The notes: generated by a model from the letters alone, not told the origin. DNA of 64,000 bases from Nitrosopumilus sp. (GCA_965205425.1 CBDBGZ010000008.1:64001-128000); one strand, 5' to 3'; shown: positions 9,959-21,843, counted from the first letter of the stretch. Program-made: numbers and translations.

Positions 9959-11129
9959 CAGTAGATGGGAAAGTAACTCAAATTACACATTCTAGAAAAT
10001 AATTATTTTTGTTATTTCTAAAGTAATGAATAATTATCTTTACAAAGAAATATTTGAGAATTTCAATTGATATTATTGGTTTGTGATTTTGTACATTAGT
10101 TTCTTCTGAGATAATCAAATTAGCAATTATCCATGCATTGTACAAAATCAATGAATAGTAAAAATACAACAATCTTATGGATTGGTTTGAACTGGTGGTT
10201 TTTGGTCTGAACCTTCCCACACATGCATAGCCTGTTTCAATCCCCCAACGTTTCTTGTAATCAGTTGGAATGTTTTGTATGTTATATGATATTTCTTTTG
10301 GTGAAACGTTTGTTGCAAACACAACATACTGATCAATAATATCTGATTTTTTTCTTGCATTTTTGTTTGGTAGAATAACTAGATTAAATGATTCTACATG
10401 TCCTGATGATGATTTTATTGTGTATGGCGAGATTGACTTTCTATCTCCATTAACGTATTGTACAATTGCATCTTTGATTCGAGAATTCTTTTTTGCAGGC
10501 ATTAGAAATTTTAAATTCCTTTGTTTTATTTCTGAAATTGTTCCAGCTGTGAAAAACTCCCTATCCACTAGCAATAGTTTAATCTTGATTCCATTATTGA
10601 TGCCATCAGAGAGTAATTTACGCACAAAATCGGCATTTGATTTGTTGTCATACAAAGGATAACAACCTAATTGAGCCCTGATTCTTTTTTCAACGCACTG
10701 CATGGTGCAGTAACTCTCAAAATGAGTAGTACTGTTTTTAGATTTTGATTTTATTAAAGAATGGTTTGGCAATTTGTCATATCTTGGGATTAGATGTTTG
10801 TCAATTGCTACAGTAACTGGTTGTTCCAATACTCCCAATTCTTGTAATTTTGATATGGTACTATCCAGTGAACGATGTAATTGAATTTGCATTGTTTTTT
10901 GTGATATTTTTGATATGATTTTTCTCAACCATGAAACCAGTTGGAGAAGCATTATCTGATTCCATTGCCAGTCTCTTTAATCCAGATTCAGAATATGAAT
11001 TTCCCAAACACAATGACATGATAGAATTATGTGCATCTGCATTGTGGAACCGTGAGTTATTTTTACTAGAGCATGGAAACAATAAGATATTGTACATTAT
11101 TTTAGTGATAATCTCAAATGCTTTAGATA
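9959..11129 (-). mobile_element. ISH3-family (IS4-like) element, 5' end lost at IS630 insertion; transposase frameshifted
   Basis: TIR cagtagatgggaaagtaactcaa at 9959; AIDKH, DREFF, YKKRWGIETGY motifs; near-identical to 22893..24211 up to the TA at 11128. Confidence 0.88.
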
Positions 11130-12275
11130 TAGTTAAGGCATTAAATATTTGAATAATTTCACAACTCGAACGTCTCCATTATCTAGTCTCTTCTGCATGT
11201 GTTTTCTCATCTTAGTTCCATTTGCAAAGAATGTATTGGCATTACCATTTTTCTCTTCTCTCCACTGTACCTCAATTGGATTGAGTTCTGGGGTGTATGC
11301 AGGAAAATATCTAATTATTACTTTTCTTTTTGATGCTTTGAGAAATTCTTTTACTCTGAGACTTTTGTGGTATGATGCATTATCTGCAAATAATAACAAT
11401 TTCTTACCAAATTGTTTTTGCAGTGATTCTAAAAAATCAAGAAATGCGTCTGTGTTTGATTTATCATAGAATCTGCAAAAAAATACGCCGTCATCCCCCA
11501 ATGCACCAAATGATTGAAACTTTTCTCGAGTATAGTTGATTTTGGTTTGTGTATTTTTTCCTTTTAGATACCAGCCTTTTTTGATATTTGGAGCTATCTT
11601 GTTTGTTGACTCATCCAGACATAGTGTGGTGTATCCCAATTTGGAATATTTTTTGATACTCCTTTTTGCGTTTTTTTAAAACGGGTTTGTTCCTCTTTTG
11701 AGGCTGATTTGTGATGTGTGGGACGTGGTTTTTTTGATGAGAATCCAATTCTGTGCAGCAATTCACGCATTCCTCTTGCAGAGTATAGGGTGTTGTATTT
11801 TTTATTCACATGTGTAATTACCATTCTTGTACTCCACATGAATTGGTTAAATCCAAACTTTTCTGGACCTGAAATTAGATCATTTCTTAATGATACTAGC
11901 TGTTTTTCATTTAGAAAACATCTAGAACCAGAATATTTCTTGCGGTGTGATGCAGATATTCCCTCTTCATCCATTCGATTTAGCCAGTAGGACAGAGTTG
12001 ATGGTATGACATCCAGACTTGCACATATCACAGAATACGGAATATTTTGTTTTCTTAGTATTGCAGCCTTTAATCTTATCTTTGCTTTTGCATTTTTTTC
12101 ATTCTTGCATACTTTTCTTAAAAAATTAATGCTTGTACCTTTCATGAATTGATTTCCAGAGGAAACCTTGGATTGTCTTGTACTCTTTGACATGGTTTCA
12201 TGAATTGATTCTACGATCTAGATCTTTTGGGTTAAAATACTTGACAGTTTATTCAAAATTTATATGCCTAAACTA
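11130..12275 (-). mobile_element. IS630-family element, copy 2 (orfA 11594..12193 / orfB 11133..11639 joined by -1 frameshift)
   Basis: Same TIRs as copy 1; TTTAAAAAAAC slippery site puts orfB in the -1 frame; inserted at a TA inside ISH3. Confidence 0.9.
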
Positions 12276-12606
12276 TTGTGGTTTTTTATACAACTATCAC
12301 AAAATTCTGAACCACATTGATCGCAGGAAATTAACTGTTCTGATCGATATCCAGTAAAGCAATTATCGCAACTAGTACCATTCATGCTTAATTTTGAAGA
12401 ATCTACTCTAAAAAGGATTCCAGAGTTTAACAGGGATATTCTGAAAGATCTACTTTTACATTAATTTGCTCATCTAAAATCTGAAGATGATACAAAATGG
12501 AATTATTTTGTGCAGACCCTGTTTGTTTTTTCATAATAAAGTATGATGTTCATTTTTTATATAAAAGACTAACGTACAAATCATACTAAACCAAGGGCTA
12601 ATTGGC

Positions 12607-13359
12607 CTAAGGAAATGAATTTAAAACTTGGGCATAACTTGCAAATCTATGATTTTTTGGTTTCACTAATTTTTGACGATATTTTTTCACAGGTTTTCCA
12701 CTAGCACCATTGAGACCCAAAGGACCTTTTACATATTTTTCATTATTTGCCCAATTAAGAACTTCATCAGAGGGAGCATAGTGGTTTACAATCTTTGAAT
12801 TTACAACAGACTGTAAAATTTTTCCATATTTTTTCGACGATGGAACATCTTCAGTTATAGATGCTCCAAAAAAATATACACCTTCTACAACACCTACATT
12901 TTTTTTCTTTTTTGCAAGATACTCCAACGTACTCAAAATTACTTGAGACCCTAAAGAATGACCCATCAATCGGATCTTTGTTGTGGGACTAGTTTGTTTG
13001 AAATCTTCAATAAATTTACCAAGATTATGACCATTTTTCTTTGCAATTTTTTGACCTACTGCAAGAGCATGTTTTGCATGCTTAATCAAATGAGCTCCAG
13101 TGGTATTAGAATCATAACTGTATCCAATTACAGGATAAATGTAACCTAGTTTTCGTACTTGTTTTTTTGCTAAAACAACTTTGGCAATTGCTCCTGCATT
13201 ATCATTTCGCAATCCATGAATCATAATAACAAGTTCTTTTGAATCAACAAGTTTTTTAAAATCAATTTTTGGATAGGTGTAATAAGAATTCTTTTTCAAT
13301 GTATTTCCATTTGAAAGATCATAATAGCCCCTAGTTGAAATTCTGGGTATTGATTTCAT
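12607..13359 (-). CDS. Alpha/beta hydrolase (DUF726/DUF900-like)
   Basis: MIHGL and GHSLG nucleophile elbow. Confidence 0.8.
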   Translation of the reverse strand: MKSIPRISTRGYYDLSNGNTLKKNSYYTYPKIDFKKLVDSKELVIMIHGLRNDNAGAIAKVVLAKKQVRKLGYIYPVIGYSYDSNTTGAHLIKHAKHALAVGQKIAKKNGHNLGKFIEDFKQTSPTTKIRLMGHSLGSQVILSTLEYLAKKKKNVGVVEGVYFFGASITEDVPSSKKYGKILQSVVNSKIVNHYAPSDEVLNWANNEKYVKGPLGLNGASGKPVKKYRQKLVKPKNHRFASYAQVLNSFP

Positions 13360-13361
13360 AA

Positions 13362-15017
13362 TTATTCAGACGGACCTAGTTGACTCTTGTGTTTTTCAAT
13401 ATCAGATTCTTCAACTCTTGCAAATAGTGGAGATGCTTCACCCAATACATGATTTGCAGAAATTCCTAATTCAGACATGTCATTCCAAGATTTTTTACTA
13501 ATTTCTCCGTCCAGACCTAATTGATTCCAGATTTTTTGTGAAGATTCAGGCATAAATGGAGATATTGCTAAAGATATTGCCCGAGCTGCGTTTACAGACA
13601 GATAAACACAATTTTCAGTGCCAGGACCTTTTTTCCAAGGTTCCTTATGTTGAAAATATTGGTTAAAGAAAGATGAGAATTTCACAATTTTCTTTAATGC
13701 TCGATCTAGATGATTTTGTTCCATAAGTGAACCTACATCTTGGGCAAGATTTTTGATTTTTTGTTCTGCTTCAGAATCTTTTTCGTCAAAAGAATTCGGT
13801 TCAGGAACTTTTCCATCAAATGCTTTTTTAGTAAATCCCAAAGCCCGATTGATAAAATTCCCAAGATTTCCTATTAATTCAGAATTAATTCTCGTAGTAA
13901 AATCATCCCAATCAAAATTCAAATCATCTTGAGAGTAAGGATTAATGGAGACAAGATAAAATCTAAGATAATCTGCAGGGTAATATTCTAGAAATTGTTT
14001 TAATCCAATATACCAATTTCTGCTTTTAGAAATTTTCTTTGCCTGTAATGTCAAGTGACCTCTAGTTGGAATGTAATTAGGCAATTTGTATTCAGAATCA
14101 ATACCTAATCTCATTGCAGGTAAGAAAAGATAATGATGGTATACAATATCTTTACCAATGAAATGGTAAATGTCAGCAGAATTCCAAAATTCTTTTCCAT
14201 CGATTCCCTTGTCATTTAGAAATTTCATTGCAGTGGAAATGTATGCAAGGTGATTATCAAACCAACCATAGAAAACTTTGTCTTTAGCGTCATCAAGAGG
14301 TACAGGAACGCCCCAAGGAATATCTCGTGTAATATCCCAATCAATTAATCCAGATTTAATCCAATTTTGAACATATTTTTTAACATCTTTCTGAAGGTTT
14401 GAATTCTCTTCCAACCATTTAGACAATGGTTCTGCAAAATTTTTAAGTTTGAAAAAATAGTGTTTTGTTTTTTCTTTAGTTGGAGGTTGGCCACACAAGG
14501 AACATTTTGAATCGGTTATTTCTTCAGGCACACGACCACAACTTTCACAAAGATCAGAGTATTGATCTTCAGCTTTACAATAAGGGCAAATACCTTTCAC
14601 ATATCTATCAGGCAAGAATTTTTTATCGTTATTACAATAAAATTGAATAATCTCTTTTTCATAAATATAGCCAGAATCATTTAGTTTTTTGAATACATCC
14701 TGAACAAATTCTATATTTTCAGAAGAGCTGGTTTTGTAAAAATAATCAAATGCAATGTTAAATGCTGAAAAATCATCATAGTCACGTTTATTCCAATGAG
14801 CAACATACTCAGCAGGGGTTTTTCCTTCTTTTTCAGATTGAATTAAAATTGGAGTTCCAAAATCATCTGAAGCGCATACATAGTATGCTTCCACACCATT
14901 TAGTTTTAAGAACCTAGTAGTTACATCAGCAGGAAGATACGTCGATGCAACATGTCCTAAATGAATTTCCCCGTTTGCGTAAGGTAGTGCACTTGTAATG
15001 ATAGCTTTTTTGTTCAT
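13362..15017 (-). CDS. metG: Methionine--tRNA ligase
   Basis: SALPYANGEIHLGH (HIGH), zinc knuckles, KISKS (KMSKS). Confidence 0.97.
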   Translation of the reverse strand: MNKKAIITSALPYANGEIHLGHVASTYLPADVTTRFLKLNGVEAYYVCASDDFGTPILIQSEKEGKTPAEYVAHWNKRDYDDFSAFNIAFDYFYKTSSSENIEFVQDVFKKLNDSGYIYEKEIIQFYCNNDKKFLPDRYVKGICPYCKAEDQYSDLCESCGRVPEEITDSKCSLCGQPPTKEKTKHYFFKLKNFAEPLSKWLEENSNLQKDVKKYVQNWIKSGLIDWDITRDIPWGVPVPLDDAKDKVFYGWFDNHLAYISTAMKFLNDKGIDGKEFWNSADIYHFIGKDIVYHHYLFLPAMRLGIDSEYKLPNYIPTRGHLTLQAKKISKSRNWYIGLKQFLEYYPADYLRFYLVSINPYSQDDLNFDWDDFTTRINSELIGNLGNFINRALGFTKKAFDGKVPEPNSFDEKDSEAEQKIKNLAQDVGSLMEQNHLDRALKKIVKFSSFFNQYFQHKEPWKKGPGTENCVYLSVNAARAISLAISPFMPESSQKIWNQLGLDGEISKKSWNDMSELGISANHVLGEASPLFARVEESDIEKHKSQLGPSE

Positions 15018-15054
15018 CAGATATTGTCAATGACTGGATCGAGGTTAAGAAGTT

Positions 15055-16296
15055 TTACCAGTTGTTTGCATATTTTACTTGTTCTGGAGTCAATTTGTCA
15101 ATTTTAACATCCATGGCCTTTAATGCATCAACTGCAATCTGCTGATCAATTTCTTTTGGAACGTCAATGATTTTATTTTCCATTTTTTTATGATTTTTAA
15201 GAATATACAACACGGAAAGGATTTGATTTGAAAATGATTGTGCCATAACTTCTGGTGGATGTCCTTCTGCTGCAACTAAATTTGCAAGACGTCCTTGTCC
15301 AATTAGATATACCTTTTTCCCATTTTTCAAAATACATTCATCAAGGTTTGGTCGAACTTTCTTTACAGATTTTGAAGATTTTAACAAGAATTTACTATCA
15401 ATTTCAACATCAAAATGACCAACATTTCCCATGATTGCGCCATCTTTCATTTTTAAAATGTGTTCTTTGCGAATTACACTAGTCATTCCAGTACAAGTGA
15501 TGAACATATCACCAATCTTTGCTGCTTGTGCCATTGGCATTACTTCAAATCCATCCATATGAGCTTCAAGAGCTTTTACTGGATCTATTTCAGTTACAAT
15601 TACTTTAGAACCCATTCCATTGCATCTGGATGCAACACCACGACCTACCCAACCATATCCAACAACTACAACACGTTTTGATGCCATGAGAAGATTCATT
15701 GCTCGAAGATAACCATCGATGGTACTTTGTCCAGTACCATATCTATTATCAAACATATGTTTAGTGTATGCTTCATTAACTAAAATTACAGGATACCTAA
15801 GTTTACCTTGATTTTCTACGGCTCTAATTCTAGTAACACCAGCTGTTGTTTCTTCAGTGGCACCAAGAATTTCCATGTCTTTGAATCGTTTATCAAAATG
15901 AGCTTTGATATTCATATCAGCACCATCATCAGTCAAAATAGTAGGTTTGTGTTTTAGTACTTGATCAATACACCAATCATAGTCTTTGACAGATTGTCCA
16001 TGCCAAGAGTAAACATTAATCCCTCGAGATGCCAAAAATGCTGCAATGTTATCCTGAGTTGTTAATGGGTTTCCACCACAACATGCTACTTTAGCTCCAA
16101 GTTCCTTAGCACCCATCAATAACACAGATGTCTCTTTAGTGATGTGAAGACAAAATCCAAGAGTTATTCCCTTTAGAGGTTTTGATTTTTTATATCGATT
16201 AATTGTATTATCTAAAATTTGCATATGAGATCTAGCCCATTCATAAGATAGTTTGCCTTCTTTGATCAATTTAGGACTAGATTTTACTTTACTCAA
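15055..16296 (-). CDS. ahcY: Adenosylhomocysteinase
   Basis: EETTAG, KHMFDNRYGTGQS, GYGWVGRG, GHFDVEID, GHPPEVM. Confidence 0.97.
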   Translation of the reverse strand: MSKVKSSPKLIKEGKLSYEWARSHMQILDNTINRYKKSKPLKGITLGFCLHITKETSVLLMGAKELGAKVACCGGNPLTTQDNIAAFLASRGINVYSWHGQSVKDYDWCIDQVLKHKPTILTDDGADMNIKAHFDKRFKDMEILGATEETTAGVTRIRAVENQGKLRYPVILVNEAYTKHMFDNRYGTGQSTIDGYLRAMNLLMASKRVVVVGYGWVGRGVASRCNGMGSKVIVTEIDPVKALEAHMDGFEVMPMAQAAKIGDMFITCTGMTSVIRKEHILKMKDGAIMGNVGHFDVEIDSKFLLKSSKSVKKVRPNLDECILKNGKKVYLIGQGRLANLVAAEGHPPEVMAQSFSNQILSVLYILKNHKKMENKIIDVPKEIDQQIAVDALKAMDVKIDKLTPEQVKYANNW

Positions 16297-16371
16297 TAAA
16301 CTGAGCCAATTTTTAGACTATAAAATTCTATCATGCGAATGTAAATAAATGACAAAGATATCACAAAAATA

Positions 16372-16674
16372 TTGACTTGGAAGAAAATTGCAGATAAAGG
16401 AGCCGTTGCAGCAGGCAAAGGTAAAGCTTTCAAAGTAGATGGCAAACAAATAGCAATTTTTAATCAAGATGGATATCATGCAATGGATGATCTATGTGTT
16501 CATCAAGATGGATCAATTGCACCAGGTAAACTTGAAGGTGACATAGTAGAATGTCCACTACATTTTTGGCACTATAATATCAAAACAGGTGAACTAACAG
16601 ATTATTTAAAAGAAGTAAAACTAGAGACATACCCAGTTGAAGCCAGAGATGATGGCATCTATATCGATATTTAA
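16372..16674 (+). CDS. Rieske (2Fe-2S) ferredoxin
   Basis: CVH...CPLH Rieske motifs. Confidence 0.9.
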   Translation: MTWKKIADKGAVAAGKGKAFKVDGKQIAIFNQDGYHAMDDLCVHQDGSIAPGKLEGDIVECPLHFWHYNIKTGELTDYLKEVKLETYPVEARDDGIYIDI

Positions 16675-16840
16675 TTTCATTAAATATTACAACAAAAATT
16701 AAATTTTTAATTATTATAAAATGCAAAGAGAGGGCAAAGTTCCCTCCCTTGCTAGGTATGGGTTATGTTGGACACAGATTTTTCTGTGATTTTGTTAGAC
16801 CAAATTAGTATAAGGAATAATGTGTGTTCAAAATAGGATT

Positions 16841-17882
16841 TATCTTTTCCGGAAATTATTTCACCCCTTAACTAGGAGAGCATCATTCCCATACTATCGT
16901 ATGCGTGGGTATCGTGGCATACCTATGGTAAAGTTAGATGAGAATAAGATCAGGTGGATTATACAATCTAAAAATGAAAAAGTCAAGAATTTAGATATTT
17001 CAGTAATCCTCAAGATAACGCCTAGAAGAGTACAACAAGTCTACTCTCAGTACAAAAAAACCAAAAAGATTCCCACACTCAAAAGGCCAGGGCGTCCAAA
17101 AAAGCCAGTCACTGTACACGAGATAGAGCTAGTCAAACAAGTTCAAGAAAAATTTCATACAAACGCACTATACCTTGAGAAAATCATATCAAAATTGTAC
17201 AATACCAAGATAAACCACAATCGCATCCACAAGATTATGCTAGATGAAGGATTATCAGTTGAGCAACCACGGAAAAAGATGAGAAGAAAGTGGATCAGGT
17301 ATGAACGTGAATATTCAAATTCACTGTGGCATACTGACTGGCACACAATACATGATTCACGCTGGGCAGGAAAACAACTAATTGCATTTGAAGATGATGC
17401 CTCACGATTTATCACGGGTTTCGGAGGGTATGATGAGGCAACATCTGTGAATTCTTCTGAAGTACTATCTGATGCAATAAAGAATCACGGTAGACCAGCA
17501 TCCGTACTATCTGATAATGGAAAACAGTTCACATCAAATGTCAATACTCTTGATCATAACAAGCCAGTAGACTTTGAGCAGCAACTAATGAGACATCACG
17601 TAAAGCACTCTCGTACAAGAGTGAGACATCCACAAACAAATGGTAAGCTAGAAAAGTTCTGGGATATCTTTGAGTGTAAAATAGAATACTTTGAGTCAGT
17701 GGAGCAGTTTATGCATTGGTACAATCACATTAGAGTTCATGGCGCACTAGACTTGGATAATATGGAGACACCATCTGATGCGTATCACTCTAAGATGATA
17801 ACAAACGAAATACTCATAGACCCAAGCATTCTATGGAGGAATTACTCATGAAAGTGACACGAAATAATTTCTGGAAAGAACA
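16841..17882 (+). mobile_element. IS481-family element A, copy 1 (transposase ~16925..17851)
   Basis: WHTDW, EDDASR, SDNGKQF, PQTNGKLE motifs; TIRs tatcttttccggaaattattt / aaataatttctggaaagaaca; 15-bp TSD gttcaaaataggatt (16826-16840, 17883-17897). Confidence 0.93.
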
Positions 17883-17941
17883 GTTCAAAATAGGATTATC
17901 AAACTTTAATTATGACATGTATTTGTTTTCGTGACTAAAAT

Positions 17942-18748
17942 CTATCTTCTCTTCAAATAACTTGATAATATGACATCTGCCATCTTTGAAACTTCTACAT
18001 CTTTCTTCATAGCCAAACTATGTAACTTCCTGGCATTTCCTTTGGTTAATTGTATTGTAACCTTTTGTTGCAACAACCCTGCCTTTGCCTTTTTTAGTAA
18101 TTTTAGATGTGACGATTTTGGAGATCTACTTAAAGCCTTGAGGTATTCCTTTCGTAGTTTCTGATCTAGCGGAATAATTTTCTCTGCAATGGATACAGCC
18201 TTTGGAACATTTGATACAATTTGATATAATCTAGTACAATCATCTCTAGATAACTCCTTTGGAACAAATTGTTTCAATTTCTCAGGAACTGCTGCAAATC
18301 CCAGATATTTTTTCAAGGTCTGAGATGAAATCCCTAATGACTTTGCAGATTTACTTTTGCCTATAGATTCACTCAAGAACACACAAGCTGCTGTCATATC
18401 TTTTGTGTTCATTTTATTTCTATGTAGATTCTCTACAACTGATGCTGCTTTTGCATCCTCTAAATCATATTTGGTACTATTTGTTAACAGTAATACGGGT
18501 ATCTTTTTTGCACCTAGTCTTTTCAGTGCTACAAGCCTTCTCTGGCCCGACATTAACAGATAAGAATTCTTTCCATCTTTTTGGACCATTGGAGGATTTT
18601 GTAATCCGTCATTTTTTATCGATTTTGCTAGCTCTGCTATTCCCTCGCGGTCTAGTTTTCTTGCTTGGGCATCACGCCACACCTTGATATGTTTTACAGG
18701 AATTTCACGTAAACGATAGGATATTGGTGAATAGTAACGTTTTGCCAC
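17942..18748 (-). CDS. ParB/Srx-like N-terminal domain protein with HTH and C-terminal RHH-like tail
   Basis: LAKSIKNDGLQNPP, GQRRLVA, ENLHR. Confidence 0.8.
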   Translation of the reverse strand: MAKRYYSPISYRLREIPVKHIKVWRDAQARKLDREGIAELAKSIKNDGLQNPPMVQKDGKNSYLLMSGQRRLVALKRLGAKKIPVLLLTNSTKYDLEDAKAASVVENLHRNKMNTKDMTAACVFLSESIGKSKSAKSLGISSQTLKKYLGFAAVPEKLKQFVPKELSRDDCTRLYQIVSNVPKAVSIAEKIIPLDQKLRKEYLKALSRSPKSSHLKLLKKAKAGLLQQKVTIQLTKGNARKLHSLAMKKDVEVSKMADVILSSYLKRR

Positions 18749-18849
18749 TGATACCTTGGAATGTTTTATTTTGTTAAAAAGAGAAGGTGATATTTTATTG
18801 ACAAAGAAGAAAATTCTAGAACCATATTTTCTATGTATATTGTTACATT

Positions 18850-19767
18850 CTAAAACAAATCAACATTTTCTCTCAGACTCTTGCATCTATTTCTCACGGT
18901 AACCTCAGTAACACCTGATGCATCTGAGATGTTTCTCTGGGTGACGTTTTCACCTGTTTTGATGCATGCCAGGTATAGTGCAGCAGCTGTTATTCCCATT
19001 GGGTCTTTTCCTGTTGACTCGTTTGTCTCTTGGGCATTTTTTAGCATGGCAATTGCAATTCTCTTTGTCTTTTCTGTGAGATTTATCTTGCTTGCAATCC
19101 TTGATATGCATAATACTGGATCAACTACAGGCATTTTGAGTTCCAGTTCTCTATGTAGTATTCTATAACATCTTGCAATGTCCTTTCTTTTCAGATTTGA
19201 TTGTGTCGCTATATCATTTAACGTTCTAGGGGTTTCAGTATCTCGGCATGCAGCGTATAATGATGCTGCAATTAGTGCTGAAATGGAACGTCCACGGACC
19301 AGTTTCTTCTCAAGTGCCTTTCTGTAAATGTATGCGGCCTTTTCATTAACTGATGGTGACAATGATAGTTTGTCTTTAAGATTGTCAAGCTCCATTAATG
19401 CCTGTCTCAAATTACGGTCTGCAGAATCCTTTGCCTTGCTTCTGTTATCCCATGTGCGTAATCGCTCAAAGGTGCTTTTCATGGTACCAGATAGTGGGTT
19501 TCCTGATGCGTCTTTATTTGCAGCACCAATATTTGTTGCAAGTCCCCTGTCATGCATGGTCAGTGATGTCGGGGCACCGGTTCTTGCCGAATTGACTCCA
19601 TTATCATTGTTAAATGAGCGCCATTCAGGACCTGTTTCCTGTATCATTTCAGGTATGACGTATCCGCACTTTCCACAGAATCTCTCTCCGGTATTATCAT
19701 CAGTTAGAATGGAATTTTTTCCACAGCGTTTGCAGGTATCTGTAGAATTTATTTTTGATGGCACCAT
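18850..19767 (-). CDS. tfb: Transcription initiation factor IIB paralogue
   Basis: Zn ribbon CKRC..CGKC, GPEWRSF, cyclin repeats, GVTEVTVRNR. Confidence 0.95.
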   Translation of the reverse strand: MVPSKINSTDTCKRCGKNSILTDDNTGERFCGKCGYVIPEMIQETGPEWRSFNNDNGVNSARTGAPTSLTMHDRGLATNIGAANKDASGNPLSGTMKSTFERLRTWDNRSKAKDSADRNLRQALMELDNLKDKLSLSPSVNEKAAYIYRKALEKKLVRGRSISALIAASLYAACRDTETPRTLNDIATQSNLKRKDIARCYRILHRELELKMPVVDPVLCISRIASKINLTEKTKRIAIAMLKNAQETNESTGKDPMGITAAALYLACIKTGENVTQRNISDASGVTEVTVRNRCKSLRENVDLF

Positions 19768-19879
19768 GATAATATAAAACTTGAAATGTATTAGGGTAAT
19801 AATCTAATTGATCACACAGAATTAATCAAACAAAAAAGACAAGATAAAATTATTAACGGTACTATCAGAACTTTAATTC

Positions 19880-19984
19880 TTGAATTCAGATGTTGATTAT
19901 GGTACTATGGCAACTGACTTACTAAATACAGGAATGGGTGATGTGGGCAGACTGCAATTTATCCAAGAATGTCTACAAAATAAC
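19880..19984 (+). pseudogene. N-terminal fragment of a thaumarchaeal hypothetical protein cut at the transposon end
   Basis: GMGDVGRLQFIQECLQNN resembles the GDxGRLxxI motif of Nitrosopumilus proteins; abuts TIR at 19985. Confidence 0.5.
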
Positions 19985-20400
19985 TACACTGTTCAATCTC
20001 CGGAGCTTTTCAACAGGGTGTTAAATTAGAGACTTTTTGTGTGAAGTTAGGTGCTTTTCATATTGAAAAAATAACTGGAATTTTTAATTATTATTTTTGT
20101 AAATCTTGGAATCTTCTTTAAGTAAATCCTCTAGCATATCTATTAGTTGAGGCGTATTCCACATACCTCCAACAGATTCAACTTTGAGAAATTCTATTGT
20201 TTCCTTTAGTCTTTTGACTATTTCTTGATCTGATACTTCTATACCTAACATGACTATTCATTGAATAAAATTATGGTAATGGTTCATGCCCTCTTTTATA
20301 TCCTGAAAATTTACGATACTCGTAATCAGTTAGTGGTGTTTGACATCCACATTTACAAAATGTTTTCATGATTTTGATGAATTTTACACATACAAAAAGT

Positions 20401-21750
20401 TTAGGAAACTAGCTTGATCCAATAACTGTCTTTTCCATTAGATAACCATGCAAATCCATATAGTCTCAATATATCATTAATCTCTCGCCAGATGTGTTTA
20501 TCGATCCAACATTTAGGAATTATCCTGATACAATCACCTTCATTTACAATAGTTACTTTCTTGATTCGTTTCCCTAGATTATTTACAAAATTTGGTTTGC
20601 TTCCAGCTTGTTTGATTAAATCTAAATATTTGTCATTGCCCAGATTCAAGTCAATATTTGCAGCTTGAGCTGGCGTTTTACCTTTTAATCCTTGATGTGG
20701 TTTTACAAAATTATGATTAATCTTTAACAGTTCTACAAAGTCTTGAGCAGAATCATCGTTACCTAGTCCACGTCTAGTTTTAGTATTTTCCCTAATTTCA
20801 TTGTGGTATCTTTCGATAGGTCTATTCACAAATCCATCTTTGAGAGATTTGGTTCTCACATGTGCAGTTCTATTTTCAAACTCTTTTCTGATTGCTTCTT
20901 GGTATGAGTTTAGAGAATCAGTTAGAACATAATTTGGGTTTTTTGAGATTGATTTTTTACCCCTTGCAATAATCTTTCTTGCATCTGAAATTTCCCTCTT
21001 TTTGGAAACTTCTGTAGCAATTAGAAATCTAGTTTTTGGGTCAATGATACTCCATAACCAGTCATGAAATCCTTTACCTGTTTTCTTTGTATTTTTAACA
21101 TTAAGATACATTTCATCAAGTGACCACACATCACCTAATTCAGGATAAAATGATTCCACATATTCTTTAATCATGTAAGTGTATTTCTTTATCCAGTTAT
21201 TTACAGATACATGACTAATTTTAATTTCATGTGTAGAGTAAACATGTCTTGCAATATTTCTGTATGAAACACCCGACATAACCAAGTTAAGGCATTCAGA
21301 GATTATTTTTGGATCAGATGAAACTTTGGAAAATCCGTTCTCACCCAAAATGAATTTACGATTACATTGTTTACAACCATATTTTTGTCTCTTTGTACCA
21401 TTCTTTAATTTCCTAAATCCACGTTTAATTATTGTAGTAGAACTACATTTTGGACAAACTTGAGGTTGTTCTGTTTTCTCTATTTTATTTTCTATGTTTA
21501 TTGTATCTTGAAGTAACAAACAAGCTCGAATATGTTTGCAATGCTTATCATCCATTTTTCTCAATCTATAATGAAAATCTTTACACTCACAAGTCCATAC
21601 ATCAACTTTGGACAATTTTTTGATGTTATATTTTTTATCTGAATTTTGTGAATTTACAACATAGTGATTATTTGTAATTTTTCTAATTGAGTTTGTCTTT
21701 GAGAAAATTTGTGTTGCTTTTTGTTTTCTTTTATTGTTTGTAGACATCAC
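20401..21750 (-). CDS. IS6-family DDE transposase with N-terminal SWIM and Zn-ribbon domains
   Basis: CECKDF..CKH SWIM; CPKC..CKQC; WSLDEMY, LTDSL, NRPIERYH. Confidence 0.88.
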   Translation of the reverse strand: MMSTNNKRKQKATQIFSKTNSIRKITNNHYVVNSQNSDKKYNIKKLSKVDVWTCECKDFHYRLRKMDDKHCKHIRACLLLQDTINIENKIEKTEQPQVCPKCSSTTIIKRGFRKLKNGTKRQKYGCKQCNRKFILGENGFSKVSSDPKIISECLNLVMSGVSYRNIARHVYSTHEIKISHVSVNNWIKKYTYMIKEYVESFYPELGDVWSLDEMYLNVKNTKKTGKGFHDWLWSIIDPKTRFLIATEVSKKREISDARKIIARGKKSISKNPNYVLTDSLNSYQEAIRKEFENRTAHVRTKSLKDGFVNRPIERYHNEIRENTKTRRGLGNDDSAQDFVELLKINHNFVKPHQGLKGKTPAQAANIDLNLGNDKYLDLIKQAGSKPNFVNNLGKRIKKVTIVNEGDCIRIIPKCWIDKHIWREINDILRLYGFAWLSNGKDSYWIKLVS

Positions 21751-21836
21751 TATTAGTGGACTCTAATAGTGTATATAAATTTTAATATTTTAAGTGATCA
21801 CTTTTAGTGAATGTTTTTATAGAAGTGGTGATCACC
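21748..21836. promoter_or_regulatory. Divergent promoter with palindromes (cactattag-N6-ctaatagtg; aagtgatcactt; ggtgatcacc)
   Basis: Seen directly between the transposase and Zn-ribbon gene; TATA-like tatataaa and ttttata nearby. Confidence 0.5.
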
Positions 21837-21843
21837 TTTAGTG

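Noticed and set aside
2653..12275. Composite transposon bounded by inverted IS630 copies
   Set aside because: Right outer flank lacks the TA duplication and copy 2 inserted into ISH3; better explained by separate insertions plus rearrangement
12626..12637. Fourth copy of the 18-bp motif (acttgggcataa)
   Set aside because: Only 12 nt and inside the coding end of a core hydrolase gene; likely chance
16820..16924. N-terminal extension of the IS481 transposase
   Set aside because: Start at 16820 lies outside the IS terminus; MVKLDE at 16925 matches the MQKLD start of IS481-B
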